Shown here one piece after another: positions 11,162 through 26,554 of a stretch of 64,000 nt of DNA (positions are counted from its first letter, which is position 1; each line of letters opens with the position of its first letter). The DNA is taken from the NCBI GenBank assembly GCA_964658305.1, contig OZ210885.1, positions 14,322,001 through 14,386,000 on the forward strand, in the 5' to 3' direction. The translations under genes were made by a program, and so were the position numbers. The stretch comes from Leptogorgia sarmentosa (lineage: Eukaryota). The notes beneath the pieces are model-generated. The model saw nothing but the letters and a program-made list of their open reading frames with translations. It had not been told where the DNA came from and did no database searches.

Positions 11162-14100
11162 GAAGGGTGTTAGAGAAGTTGGTTAAATTATAGCAAAATT
11201 TCACCACATTTAACCAACCTTGATAAATTAAACGCCACGTCATCAATGACTCAAAAAACAAGGTTGCTTCTTCATATATCACTGTTATTAACGGTGTTAG
11301 AGAAGTTGGTTTATAGCAAAATTTCACCACATTTAACCAACCTTGATAAATTAAACGCCACATCGTCAATGACTCAAAAAAACAAGGTTGCTTTTTTATG
11401 AAAGGTGTTAGAGAAGTTGGTTAAATTATAGCAAAATTTCACCACATTTAACCAACCTTGATAAATTAAATGCCACATCGTCAATGACTAAAAAAAACAA
11501 GGTTGCTTTTTGATGAAAGGTGTTAGAGAAGTTGGTTAAATTATAGCAAAATTTCACCACATTTATCAAACCTTGATAAATTAAACGCCACATTGTCAAT
11601 GACTAAAAAAACAAGGTTGCTTCTTCATATATCACTGTCATTAACGGTGTTAGAGAAGTTGGTTTATAGCAAAATTTCACCACATTTAACCAACCTTGAT
11701 AAATTAAACGCCACATCATCAATGACTCAAAAAAACAAGGTTGCTTTTTTATGAAGGGTGTTAGAGAATTTGGGTAAATTATAGCAAAATTTCACCACAT
11801 TTATCCAACCTTGATAAATTAAACGCCACATTGTCAATGACTCAAAAAACAAGGTTGCTTCTTCATATATCACTGTTATTAACAGTGTTAGAGAAGTTGG
11901 TTTAAATATAGCAAAATTTCACCACATTTAACCAACCTTGATAAATTAAACGCCACATTGTCAATGACTCAAAAAAACAAGGTTGCTTCTTCATATATCA
12001 CTGTTATGAAGGGTGTTGGAGAAGTTGGTTAAATTATAGCAAAATTTCACCACATTAAACCAACCTTGATAAATTAAACGCCACATCATCAATGACTCAA
12101 AAAAACAAGGTTGCTTTTTCATGAAGGGTGTTAGAGAAGTTGGTTAAATTATAGCAAAATTTCATCACATTTAACCAACCTTGATAAATTAAACGCCACA
12201 TTGTGAATGACTCAAAAAAACAAGGTTGCTTCTTCATATATCACTGTTATGAAGGGTGTTAGAGAAGTTGGTTTAAATAAAGCAACATTTCACCACATTT
12301 AACCAACCTTGATAAATTAAACGCCACATTGTCAATGACTCAAAAAAACAAGGTTGCTTCTTCATATATCACTGTTATGAAGGGTGTTGGAGAAGTTGGT
12401 TAAATTATAGCAAAATTTCACCACATTTAAGCAACCTTGATAAATTAAACGCCACATCGTGAATGACTAAAAAAAACAAGGTTGCTTCTTCATATATCAC
12501 TGTTATGAAGGGTGTTAGAGAAGTTGATTTAAATATAGCAAAATTTCACCACATTTAACCAACCTTGATAAATTAAATGCCACATCGTCAATGACTAAAA
12601 AAAACAAGGTTGCTTTTTGATGAAAGGTGTTAGAGAAGTTGGTTAAATTATAGCAAAATTTCACCACATTTATCAAACCTTGATAAATTAAACGCCACAT
12701 TGTCAATGACTCAAAAAACAAGGTTGCTTCTTCATATATCACTGTTATTAATGGTGTTAGAGAAGTTGGTTTATAGCAAAATTTCACCACATTTAACCAA
12801 CCTTGATAAATTAAACGCCACATCATCAATGACTCAAAAAAACAAGGTTGCTTTTTTATGAAGGGTGTTAGAGAATTTGGGTAAATTATAGCAAAATTTC
12901 ACCACACTTATCCAACCTTGATAAATTAAACGCCACATTGTCAATGACTCAAAAAACAAGGTTGCTTCTTCATATATCACTGTTATTAACAGTGTTAGAG
13001 AAGTTGGTTTAAATATAGCAAAATTTCACCACATTTAACCAACCTTGATAAATTAAACGCCACATTGTCAATGACTCAAAAAAAACAAGGTTGCTTCTTC
13101 ATATATCACTGTTATGAAGGGTGTTGGAGAAGTTGGTTAAATTATAGCAAAATTTCACCACATTTAACCAACCTTGATAAATTAAACGCCACACTGTGAA
13201 TGACTAAAAAAAACAAGGTTGCTTCTTCATATATCACTGTTATGAAGGGTGTTAGAGAAGTTGGTTTAAATATAGCAAAATTTCACCACATTTATCCAAC
13301 CTTGATAAATTAAACGGCACATTGTCAATGACTCAAAAAACAAGGTTGCTTCTTCATATATCACTGTTATGAAGGGTGTTGGAGAAGTTGGTTAAATTAT
13401 AGCAAAATTTCACCACATTCATCAAACCTTGATAAATTAAATGCCACATTGTCAATGACTCAAAAAACAAGGTTCCTTCTTCATATATCACTGTTATTAA
13501 CAGTGTTAGAGTAGTTGGTTTATAGCAAAATTTCACCACATTTAACCAACCTTGATAAATTAAACGCCACATCATCAATGACTCAAAAAAACAAGGTTGC
13601 TTTTTTATGAAGGGTGTTAGAGAATTTGGGTAAATTATAGCAAAATTTCACCACATTTATCCAACCTTCATAAATTAAACGCCACTTTGTCAATGACTCA
13701 AAAAACAAGGTTGCTTCTTCATATATCACTGTTATGAAGGGTGTTAGAGAAGTTGGTTTAAATAAAGCAACATTTCACCACATTTAACCAACCTTGATAA
13801 ATTAAATGCCACATCGTCAATGACTAAAAAAAACAAGGTTGCTTTTTTATGAAAGCTGTTAGAGAAGTTGGTTAAATTATAGCAAAATTTCACCACATTT
13901 ATCAAACCTTGATAAATTAAACGCCACATCATCAATGACTCAAAAAAACAAGGTTGCTTTTTTATGAAAGCTATTAGAGAAGTTGGTTAAATTATAGCAA
14001 AATTTCACCACATTTAACCAACCTTGATAAATTAAATGCCACATTGTCAATGACTCAAAAAAACAAGGTTGCTTCTTCATATATCACTGTTATGAAGGGT

Positions 14101-17100
14101 GTTGGAGAAGTTGGTTAAATTATAGCAAAATTTCACGACATTTAACCAACCTTGATAAATTAAATTCCACATGGTCAATGACTCAAAAAAACAAGGTTGC
14201 TTCTTCATATATCACTGTTATGAAGGGTGTTAGAGAAGTTGGTTAAAACATACCAAAATTTCACCACATTTAACCAACCTTGATAAATTAAATGCCACAT
14301 CGTCAATGACTCAAAAAAACAAGGTTGCTTTTTTATGAAAGGTGTTAGAGAAGTTGGTTAAATGATAGCAAAATTTCACCACATTTAACCAACCTTGATA
14401 AATTAAATGCCACATCGTCAATGACTAAAAAAAACAAGGTTGCTTTTTTATGAAAGCTGTTAGAGAAGTTGGTTAAATTATAGCAAAATTTCACCACATT
14501 TATCAAACCTTGATAAATTAAACGCCACATCATCAATGATTCAAAAAAACAAGGTTGCTTTTTTATGAAAGCTGTTAGAGAAGTTGGTTAAATTATAGCA
14601 AAATTTCACCACATTTAACCAACCTTGATAAATTAAATGCCACATTGTCAATGACTCAAAAAAACAAGGTTGCTTCTTCATATATCACTGTTATGAAGGG
14701 TGTTGGAGAAGTTGGTTAAATTATAGCAAAATTTCACGACATTTAACCAACCTTGATAAATTAAATGCCACATGGTCAATGACTCAAAAAAACAAGGTTG
14801 CTTCTTCATATATCACTGTTATGAAGGGTGTTAGAGAAGTTGGTTAAAATATACCAAAATTTCACCACATTTAACCAACCTTGATAAATTAAATGCCACA
14901 TCGTCAATGACTCAAAAAAACAAGGTTGCTTGTTCATATATCACTGTTATGAAGGGTGTTAGAGAAGTTCGTTAAAATATAGCAACATTTCGCCACATTG
15001 AACCAACCTTGATAAATTAAACGCCACGTCGTCAATGGCTCAAAAAAACAAGGTTGCTTCTTCATATATCACTGTTATGAAGGGTGTTAGAGAAGTTGGT
15101 TAAATTATAGCAAAATTTCACCACATTTAACCAACCTTAATAAATTAAACGCCACATTGTCAATGACTCAAAAAACAAGGTTGCTTCTTCATATATCACT
15201 GTTATGAAGGGTGTTGGAGAAGTTGGTTAAATTATAGCAAAATTTCACGACATTTAACCAACCTTGATAAATTAAATGCCACATGGTCAATGACTCAAAA
15301 AAACAAGGTTGCTTCTTCATATATCACTGTTATGAAGGGTGTTAGAGAAGTTGGTTAAAATATACCAAAATTTCACCACATTTAACCAACCTTGATAAAT
15401 TAAATGCCACATCGTCAATGACTCAAAAAAACAAGGTTGCTTGTTCATATATCACTGTTATGAAGGGTGTTAGAGAAGTTCGTTAAAATATAGCAACATT
15501 TCGCCACATTGAACCAACCTTGATAAATTAAACGCCACGTCGTCAATGGCTCAAAAAAACAAGGTTGCTTCTTCATATATCACTGTTATGAAGGGTGTTA
15601 GAGAAGTTGGTTAAATTATAGCAAAATTTCACCACATTTAACCAACCTTAATAAATTAAACGCCACATTGTCAATGACTCAAAAAACAAGGTTGCTTCTT
15701 CATATATCACTGTTATTAATGGTGTTAGAGAAGTTGGTTTAAATATAGCAAAATTTCACCACATTTAACCAACCTTGATAAATTAAACGCCACATCATCA
15801 ATGACACAAAAAACAAGGTTGCTTCTTCATATATCACTGTTATGAAGGGTGTTAGAGAAGTTGGTTAAATTATAGCAAAATTTCACCACATTTAACCAAC
15901 CTTAATAAATTAAACGCCACATTGTCAATGACTCAAAAAACAAGGTTGCTTCTTCATATATCACTGTTATTAATGGTGTTGGAGAAGTTGGTTTAAATAT
16001 AGCAAAATTTCACCACATTTAACCAACCTTGATAAATTAAACGCCACGTCATCAATGACTCAAAAAACAAGGTTGCTTCTTCATATATCACTGTTATTAA
16101 CGGTGTTAGAGAAGTTGGTTTATAGCAAAATTTCACCACATTTAACCAACCTTGATAAATTAAACGCCACATCGTCAATGACTCAAAAAAACAAGGTTGC
16201 TTTTTTATGAAAGGTGTTAGAGAAGTTGGTTAAATTATAGCAAAATTTCACCACATTTAACCAACCTTGATAAATTAAATGCCACATCGTCAATGACTAA
16301 AAAAAACAAGGTTGCTTTTTGATGAAAGGTGTTAGAGAAGTTGGTTAAATTATAGCAAAATTTCACCACATTTATCAAACCTTGATAAATTAAACGCCAC
16401 ATTGTCAATGACTAAAAAAACAAGGTTGCTTCTTCATATATCACTGTCATTAACGGTGTTAGAGAAGTTGGTTTATAGCAAAATTTCACCACATTTAACC
16501 AACCTTGATAAATTAAACGCCACATCATCAATGACTCAAAAAAACAAGGTTGCTTTTTTATGAAGGGTGTTAGAGAATTTGGGTAAATTATAGCAAAATT
16601 TCGCCACATTGTCAATGACTCAAAAAACAAGGTTGCTTCTTCATATATCACTGTTATTAACAGTGTTAGAGAAGTTGGTTTAAATATAGCAAAATTTCAC
16701 CACATTTAACCAACCTTGATAAATTAAACGCCACATTGTCAATGACTCAAAAAAACAAGGTTGCTTCTTCATATATCACTGTTATGAAGGGTGTTGGAGA
16801 AGTTGGTTAAATTATAGCAAAATTTCACCACATTAAACCAACCTTGATAAATTAAACGCCACATCATCAATGACTCAAAAAAACAAGGTTGCTTTTTTAT
16901 GAAGGGTGTTAGAGAAGTTGGTTAAATTATAGCAAAATTTCACCACATTTAACCAACCTTGATAAATTAAACGCCACACTGTGAATGACTAAAAAAAACA
17001 AGGTTGCTTCTTCATATATCACTGTTATGAAGGGTGTTAGAGAAGTTGGTTTAAATATAGCAAAATTTCACCACATTTAACCACCCTTGATCAATTAAAC

Positions 17101-20100
17101 GCCACATTGTCAATGACTCAAAAAAACAAGGTTGCTTTTTTATGAAGGGTGTTAGAGAAGTTGGTTAAATTATAGCAAAATTTCACCACATTTAACCAAC
17201 CTTGATAAATTAAATGCCACATCGTCAATGACTAAAAAAAACAAGGTTGCTTTTTTATGAAAGGTGTTAGAGAAGTTGGTTAAATTATAGCAAAATTTCA
17301 CCACATTTATCAAACCTTGATAAATTAAATGCCACATTGTCAATGACTCAAAAAACAAGGTTGCTTCTTCATATATCACTGTTATTAACAGTGTTAGAGT
17401 AGTTGGTTTATAGCAAAATTTCACCACATTTAACCAACGTTGATAAATTAAACGCCACATCATCAATGACTCAAAAAAACAAGGTTGCTTTTTTATGAAG
17501 GGTGTTAGAGAATTTGGGTAAATTATAGCAAAATTTCACCACATTTATCCAACCTTGATAAATTAAACGCCACTTTGTCAATGACTCAAAAAACAAGGTT
17601 GCTTCTTCATATATCACTGTTATTAACAGTGTTAGAGAAGTTGGTTTAAATATAGCAAAATTTCACCACATTTAACCAACCTTGATAAATTAAACGCCAC
17701 ATTGTCAATGACTAAAAAAAACAAGGTTGCTTTTTTATGAAGGGTGTTAGAGAAGTTGGTTAAATTAGAGCAAAATTTCACCACATTTAACCAACCTTGA
17801 TAAATTAAATGCCACATTGTGAATGACTCAAAAAAACAAGGTTGCTTCTTCATATATCACTGTTATGAAGGGTGTTAGAGAAGTTGGTTTAAATAAAGCA
17901 ACATTTCACCACATTTAACCAACCTTGATAAATTAAACGCCACATCATCAATGACTAAAAAAAACAAGGTTACTTCTTCATATAACACTGTTATGAAGGG
18001 TGTTAGAGAAGTTGGTTAAATTATAGCAAAATTTCACCACATTTATCCAACCTTGATAAATTAAACGGCACATTGTCAATGACTCAAAAAACAAGGTTGC
18101 TTCTTCATATATCACTGTTATTAACGGTGTTAGACAAGTTGATTTAAATATAGCAAAATTTCACCACATTTAACCAACCTTGATAAATTAAACGCCACAT
18201 CATCAATGACTCAAAAAAACAAGGTTGCTTTTTTATGAAGGGTGTTAGAGAATTTGGGTAAATTATAGCAAAATTTCACCACATTTATCCAACCTTGATA
18301 AATTAAAGGCCACATTGTCAATGACTCAAAAAACAAGGTTGCTTCTTCACATATCACTGTTACTAACGGTGTTAGAGAAGTTGGTTTATAGCAAAATATC
18401 ACCACAGTTAACCAACCTTAATCAATTAAACGCCATATCATCAATGACTAAAAAAAACAAGGTTGCTTCTTCATATAACACTGTTATGAAGGGTGTTAGA
18501 GAAGTTGGTTAAATTATAGCAAAATTTCACCACATTTAACCAACCTTGATAAATTAAACGCCACACTGTGAATGACTAAAAAAAACAAGGTTGCTTCTTC
18601 ATATATCACTGTTATGAAGGGTGTTAGAGAAGTTGGTTTAAATATAGCAAAATTTCACCACATTTAACCACCCTTGATCAATTAAACGCCACATTGTCAA
18701 TGACTCAAAAAAACAAGGTTGCTTTTTTATGAAGGGTGTTAGAGAAGTTGGTTAAATTATAGCATAATTTCACCACATTTAACCAACCTTGATAAATTAA
18801 ATGCCACATCGTCAATGACTAAAAAAAACAAGGTTGCTTTTTTATGAAAGGTGTTAGAGAAGTTGGTTAAATTATAGCAAAATTTCACCACATTTATCAA
18901 ACCTTGATAAATTAAATGCCACATTGTCAATGACTCAAAAAACAAGGTTGCTTCTTCATATATCACTGTTATTAACAGTGTTAGAGTAGTTGGTTTATAG
19001 CAAAATTTCACCACATTTAACCAACCTTGATAAATTAAACGCCACATCATCAATGACTCAAAAAAACAAGGTTGCTTTTTTATGAAGGGTGTTAGAGAAT
19101 TTGGGTAAATTATAGCAAAATTTCACCACATTTATCCAACCTTGATAAATTAAACGCCACTTTGTCAATGACTCAAAAAACAAGGTTGCTTCTTCATATA
19201 TCACTGTTATTAACAGTGTTAGAGAAGTTGGTTTAAATATAGCAAAATTTCACCACATTTAACCAACCTTGATAAATTAAACGCCACATTGTCAATGACT
19301 CAAAAAAACAAGGTTGCTTTTTTATGAAGGGTGTTAGAGAAGTTGGTTAAATTATAGCAAAATTTCACCACATTTAACCAACCTTGATAAATTAAATGCC
19401 ACATTGTGAATGACTCAAAAAAACAAGGTTGCTTCTTCATATATCACTGTTATGAAGGGTGTTAGAGAAGTTGGTTTAAATAAAGCAACATTTCACCACA
19501 TTTAACCAACCTTGATAAATTAAACGCCACATTGTCAATGACTCAAAAAAACAAGGTTGCGTTTTTATGAAGGGTTTTAGAGAAGTTGGTTAAATTATAG
19601 CAAAATTTCACCACATTTAACCAACCTTGATAAATTAAACGCCACATTGTGAATGACTAAAAAAAACAAGGTTGCTTCTTCATATATCACTGTTATGAAG
19701 GGTGTTAGAGAAGTTGGTTTAAATAAAGCAACATTTCACCACATTTAACCAACCTTGATAAATTAAATGCCACATCGTCAATGACTAAAAAAAACAAGGT
19801 TGCTTTTTTATGAAAGCTGTTAGAGAAGTTGGTTAAATTATAGCAAAATTTCACCACATTTATCAAACCTTGATAAATTAAACGCCACATCATCAATGAC
19901 TCAAAAAAACAAGGTTGCTTTTTTATGAAAGCTGTTAGAGAAGTTGGTTAAATTATAGCAAAATTTCACCACATTTAACCAACCTTGATAAATTAAATGC
20001 CACATTGTCAATGACTCAAAAAAACAAGGTTGCTTCTTCATATATCACTGTTATGAAGGGTGTTGGAGAAGTTGGTTAAATTATAGCAAAATTTCACGAC

Positions 20101-23100
20101 ATTTAACCAACCTTGATAAATTAAATTCCACATGGTCAATGACTCAAAAAAACAAGGTTGCTTCTTCATATATCACTGTTATGAAGGGTGTTAGAGAAGT
20201 TGGTTAAAACATACCAAAATTTAACCAACCTTGATAAATTAAATGCCACATCGTCAATGACTAAAAAAAACAAGGTTGCTTTTTTATGAAAGCTGTTAGA
20301 GAAGTTGGTTAAATTATAGCAAAATTTCACCACATTTATCAAACCTTGATAAATTAAACGCCACATCATCAATGACTCAAAAAAACAAGGTTGCTTTTTT
20401 ATGAAAGCTGTTAGAGAAGTTGGTTAAATTATAGCAAAATTTCACCACATTTAACCAACCTTGATAAATTAAATGCCACATTGTCAATGACTCAAAAAAA
20501 CAAGGTTGCTTCTTCATATATCACTGTTATGAAGGGTGTTGGAGAAGTTGGTTAAATTATAGCAAAATTTCACGACATTTAACCAACCTTGATAAATTAA
20601 ATGCCACATGGTCAATGACTCAAAAAAACAAGGTTGCTTCTTCATATATCACTGTTATGAAGGGTGTTAGAGAAGTTGGTTAAAATATACCAAAATTTCA
20701 CGACATTTAACCAACCTTGATAAATTAAATGCCACATGGTCAATGACTCAAAAAAACAAGGTTGCTTCTTCATATATCACTGTTATGAAGGGTGTTAGAG
20801 AAGTTGGTTAAAATATACCAAAATTTCACCACATTTAACCAACCTTGATAAATTAAATGCCACATCGTCAATGACTCAAAAAAACAAGGTTGCTTGTTCA
20901 TATATCACTGTTATGAAGGGTGTTAGAGAAGTTCGTTAAAATATAGCAACATTTCGCCACATTGAACCAACCTTGATAAATTAAACGCCACGTCGTCAAT
21001 GGCTCAAAAAAACAAGGTTGCTTCTTCATATATCACTGTTATGAAGGGTGTTAGAGAAGTTGGTTAAATTATAGCAAAATTTCACCACATTTAACCAACC
21101 TTAATAAATTAAACGCCACATTGTCAATGACTCAAAAAACAAGGTTGCTTCTTCATATATCACTGTTATGAAGGGTGTTGGAGAAGTTGGTTAAATTATA
21201 GCAAAATTTCACGACATTTAACCAACCTTGATAAATTAAATGCCACATGGTCAATGACTCAAAAAAACAAGGTTGCTTCTTCATATATCACTGTTATGAA
21301 GGGTGTTAGAGAAGTTGGTTAAAATATACCAAAATTTCACCACATTTAACCAACCTTGATAAATTAAATGCCACATCGTCAATGACTCAAAAAAACAAGG
21401 TTGCTTGTTCATATATCACTGTTATGAAGGGTGTTAGAGAAGTTCGTTAAAATATAGCAACATTTCGCCACATTGAACCAACCTTGATAAATTAAACGCC
21501 ACGTCGTCAATGGCTCAAAAAAACAAGGTTGCTTCTTCATATATCACTGTTATGAAGGGTGTTAGAGAAGTTGGTTAAATTATAGCAAAATTTCACCACA
21601 TTTAACCAACCTTAATAAATTAAACGCCACATTGTCAATGACTCAAAAAACAAGGTTGCTTCTTCATATATCACTGTTATTAATGGTGTTAGAGAAGTTG
21701 GTTTAAATATAGCAAAATTTCACCACATTTAACCAACCTTGATAAATTAAACGCCACATCATCAATGACACAAAAAACAAGGTTGCTTCTTCATATATCA
21801 CTGTTATGAAGGGTGTTAGAGAAGTTGGTTTAAATATAGCAAAATTTCACCACATTTAACCAACCTTGATAAATTAAACGCCACATCATCAATGACACAA
21901 AAAACAAGGTTGCTTCTTCATATATCACTGTTATTAACAGTGTTAGAGTAGTTGGTTTATAGCAAAATTTCACCACATTTAACCAACCTTGATAAATTAA
22001 ACGCCACATCATCAATGACTCAAAAAAACAAGGTTGCTTTTTTATGAAGGGTGTTAGAGAATTTGGGTAAATTATAGCAAAATTTCACCACATTTATCCA
22101 ACCTTGATAAATTAAACGCCACTTTGTCAATGACTCAAAAAACAAGGTTGCTTCTTCATATATCACTGTTATTAACAGTGTTAGAGAAGTTGGTTTAAAT
22201 ATAGCAAAATTTCACCACATTTAACCAACCTTGATAAATTAAACGCCACATTGTCAATGACTCAAAAAAACAAGGTTGCTTTTTTATGAAGGGTGTTAGA
22301 GAAGTTGGTTAAATTATAGCAAAATTTCACCACATTTAACCAACCTTGATAAATTAAATGCCACATTGTGAATGACTCAAAAAAACAAGGTTGCTTCTTC
22401 ATATATCACTGTTATGAAGGGTGTTAGAGAAGTTGGTTTAAATAAAGCAACATTTCACCACATTTAACCAACCTTGATAAATTAAACGCCACATTGTCAA
22501 TGACTCAAAAAAACAAGGTTGCGTTTTTATGAAGGGTTTTAGAGAAGTTGGTTAAATTATAGCAAAATTTCACCACATTTAACCAACCTTGATAAATTAA
22601 ACGCCACATTGTGAATGACTAAAAAAAACAAGGTTGCTTCTTCATATATCACTGTTATGAAGGGTGTTAGAGAAGTTGGTTTAAATAAAGCAACATTTCA
22701 CCACATTTAACCAACCTTGATAAATTAAATGCCACATCGTCAATGACTAAAAAAAACAAGGTTGCTTTTTTATGAAAGCTGTTAGAGAAGTTGGTTAAAT
22801 TATAGCAAAATTTCACCACATTTATCAAACCTTGATAAATTAAACGCCACATCATCAATGACTCAAAAAAACAAGGTTGCTTTTTTATGAAAGCTGTTAG
22901 AGAAGTTGGTTAAATTATAGCAAAATTTCACCACATTTAACCAACCTTGATAAATTAAATGCCACATTGTCAATGACTCAAAAAAACAAGGTTGCTTCTT
23001 CATATATCACTGTTATGAAGGGTGTTGGAGAAGTTGGTTAAATTATAGCAAAATTTCACGACATTTAACCAACCTTGATAAATTAAATTCCACATGGTCA

Positions 23101-26100
23101 ATGACTCAAAAAAACAAGGTTGCTTCTTCATATATCACTGTTATGAAGGGTGTTAGAGAAGTTGGTTAAAACATACCAAAATTTCACCACATTTAACCAA
23201 CCTTGATAAATTAAATGCCACATCGTCAATGACTAAAAAAAACAAGGTTGCTTTTTTATGAAAGCTGTTAGAGAAGTTGGTTAAATTATAGCAAAATTTC
23301 ACCACATTTATCAAACCTTGATAAATTAAACGCCACATCATCAATGACTCAAAAAAACAAGGTTGCTTTTTTATGAAAGCTGTTAGAGAAGTTGGTTAAA
23401 TTATAGCAAAATTTCACCACATTTAACCAACCTTGATAAATTAAATGCCACATTGTCAATGACTCAAAAAAACAAGGTTGCTTCTTCATATATCACTGTT
23501 ATGAAGGGTGTTGGAGAAGTTGGTTAAATTATAGCAAAATTTCACGACATTTAACCAACCTTGATAAATTAAATGCCACATGGTCAATGACTCAAAAAAA
23601 CAAGGTTGCTTCTTCATATATCACTGTTATGAAGGGTGTTAGAGAAGTTGGTTAAAATATACCAAAATTTCACGACATTTAACCAACCTTGATAAATTAA
23701 ATGCCACATGGTCAATGACTCAAAAAAACAAGGTTGCTTCTTCATATATCACTGTTATGAAGGGTGTTAGAGAAGTTGGTTAAAATATACCAAAATTTCA
23801 CCACATTTAACCAACCTTGATAAATTAAATGCCACATCGTCAATGACTCAAAAAAACAAGGTTGCTTGTTCATATATCACTGTTATGAAGGGTGTTAGAG
23901 AAGTTCGTTAAAATATAGCAACATTTCGCCACATTGAACCAACCTTGATAAATTAAACGCCACGTCGTCAATGGCTCAAAAAAACAAGGTTGCTTCTTCA
24001 TATATCACTGTTATGAAGGGTGTTAGAGAAGTTGGTTAAATTATAGCAAAATTTCACCACATTTAACCAACCTTAATAAATTAAACGCCACATTGTCAAT
24101 GACTCAAAAAACAAGGTTGCTTCTTCATATATCACTGTTATGAAGGGTGTTGGAGAAGTTGGTTAAATTATAGCAAAATTTCACGACATTTAACCAACCT
24201 TGATAAATTAAATGCCACATGGTCAATGACTCAAAAAAACAAGGTTGCTTCTTCATATATCACTGTTATGAAGGGTGTTAGAGAAGTTGGTTAAAATATA
24301 CCAAAATTTCACCACATTTAACCAACCTTGATAAATTAAATGCCACATCGTCAATGACTCAAAAAAACAAGGTTGCTTGTTCATATATCACTGTTATGAA
24401 GGGTGTTAGAGAAGTTCGTTAAAATATAGCAACATTTCGCCACATTGAACCAACCTTGATAAATTAAACGCCACGTCGTCAATGGCTCAAAAAAACAAGG
24501 TTGCTTCTTCATATATCACTGTTATGAAGGGTGTTAGAGAAGTTGGTTAAATTATAGCAAAATTTCACCACATTTAACCAACCTTAATAAATTAAACGCC
24601 ACATTGTCAATGACTCAAAAAACAAGGTTGCTTCTTCATATATCACTGTTATTAATGGTGTTAGAGAAGTTGGTTTAAATATAGCAAAATTTCACCACAT
24701 TTAACCAACCTTGATAAATTAAACGCCACATCATCAATGACACAAAAAACAAGGTTGCTTCTTCATATATCACTGTTATGAAGGGTGTTAGAGAAGTTGG
24801 TTTAAATATAGCAAAATTTCACCACATTTAACCAACCTTGATAAATTAAACGCCACATCATCAATGACACAAAAAACAAGGTTGCTTCTTCATATATCAC
24901 TGTTATGAAGGGTGTTAGAGAAGTTGGTTAAATTATAGCAAAATTTCACCACATTTAACCAACCTTGATAAATTAAACGCCACGTCATCAATGACTCAAA
25001 AAACAAGGTTGCTTCTTCATATATCACTGTTATTAACGGTGTTAGAGAAGTTGGTTTATAGCAAAATTTCACCACATTTAACCAACCTTGATAAATTAAA
25101 CGCCACATCGTCAATGACTCAAAAAAACAAGGTTGCTTTTTTATGAAAGGTGTTAGAGAAGTTGGTTAAATTATAGCAAAATTTCACCACATTTAACCAA
25201 CCTTGATAAATTAAATGCCACATCGTCAATGACTAAAAAAAACAAGGTTGCTTTTTGATGAAAGGTGTTAGAGAAGTTGGTTAAATTATAGCAAAATTTC
25301 ACCACATTTATCAAACCTTGATAAATTAAACGCCACATTGTCAATGACTAAAAAAACAAGGTTGCTTCTTCATATATCACTGTCATTAACGGTGTTAGAG
25401 AAGTTGGTTTATAGCAAAATTTCACCACATTTAACCAACCTTGATAAATTAAACGCCACATCATCAATGACTCAAAAAAACAAGGTTGCTTTTTTATGAA
25501 GGGTGTTAGAGAATTTGGGTAAATTATAGCAAAATTTCACCACATTTATCCAACCTTGATAAATTAAACGCCACATTGTCAATGACTCAAAAAACAAGGT
25601 TGCTTCTTCATATATCACTGTTATTAACAGTGTTAGAGAAGTTGGTTTAAATATAGCAAAATTTCACCACATTTAACCAACCTTGATAAATTAAACGCCA
25701 CATTGTCAATGACTCAAAAAAACAAGGTTGCTTCTTCATATATCACTGTTATGAAGGGTGTTGGAGAAGTTGGTTAAATTATAGCAAAATTTCACCACAT
25801 TAAACCAACCTTGATAAATTAAACGCCACATCATCAATGACTCAAAAAAACAAGGTTGCTTTTTCATGAAGGGTGTTAGAGAAGTTGGTTAAATTATAGC
25901 AAAATTTCATCACATTTAACCAACCTTGATAAATTAAACGCCACATTGTGAATGACTCAAAAAAACAAGGTTGCTTCTTCATATATCACTGTTATGAAGG
26001 GTGTTAGAGAAGTTGGTTTAAATAAAGCAACATTTCACCACATTTAACCAACCTTGATAAATTAAACGCCACATTGTCAATGACTAAAAAAACAAGGTTG

Positions 26101-26554
26101 CTTCTTCATATATCACTGTTATGAAGGGTGTTGGAGAAGTTGGTTAAATTATAGCAAAATTTCACCACATTTAACCAATCTTGATAAATTAAATGCCACA
26201 TGGTCAATGACTCAAAAAAACAAGGTTGCTTCTTCATATATCACTGTTATGAAGGGTGTTAGAGAAGTTGATTAAAATATACCAAAATTTCACCACATTT
26301 AACCAACCTTGATAAATTAAATGCCACATCGTCAATGACTCAAAAAAACAAGGTTGCTTGTTCATATATCACTGTTGTGAAGGGTGTTGGAGAAGTTCGT
26401 TAAAATATAGCAACATTTCGCCACATTGAACCAACCTTGATAAATTAAACGCCACGTCGTCAATGGCTCAAAAAAACAAGGTTGCTTCTTCATATATCAC
26501 TGTTATGAAGGGTGTTAGAGAAGTTGGTTTATAGCAAAATTTCACCACATTTAA

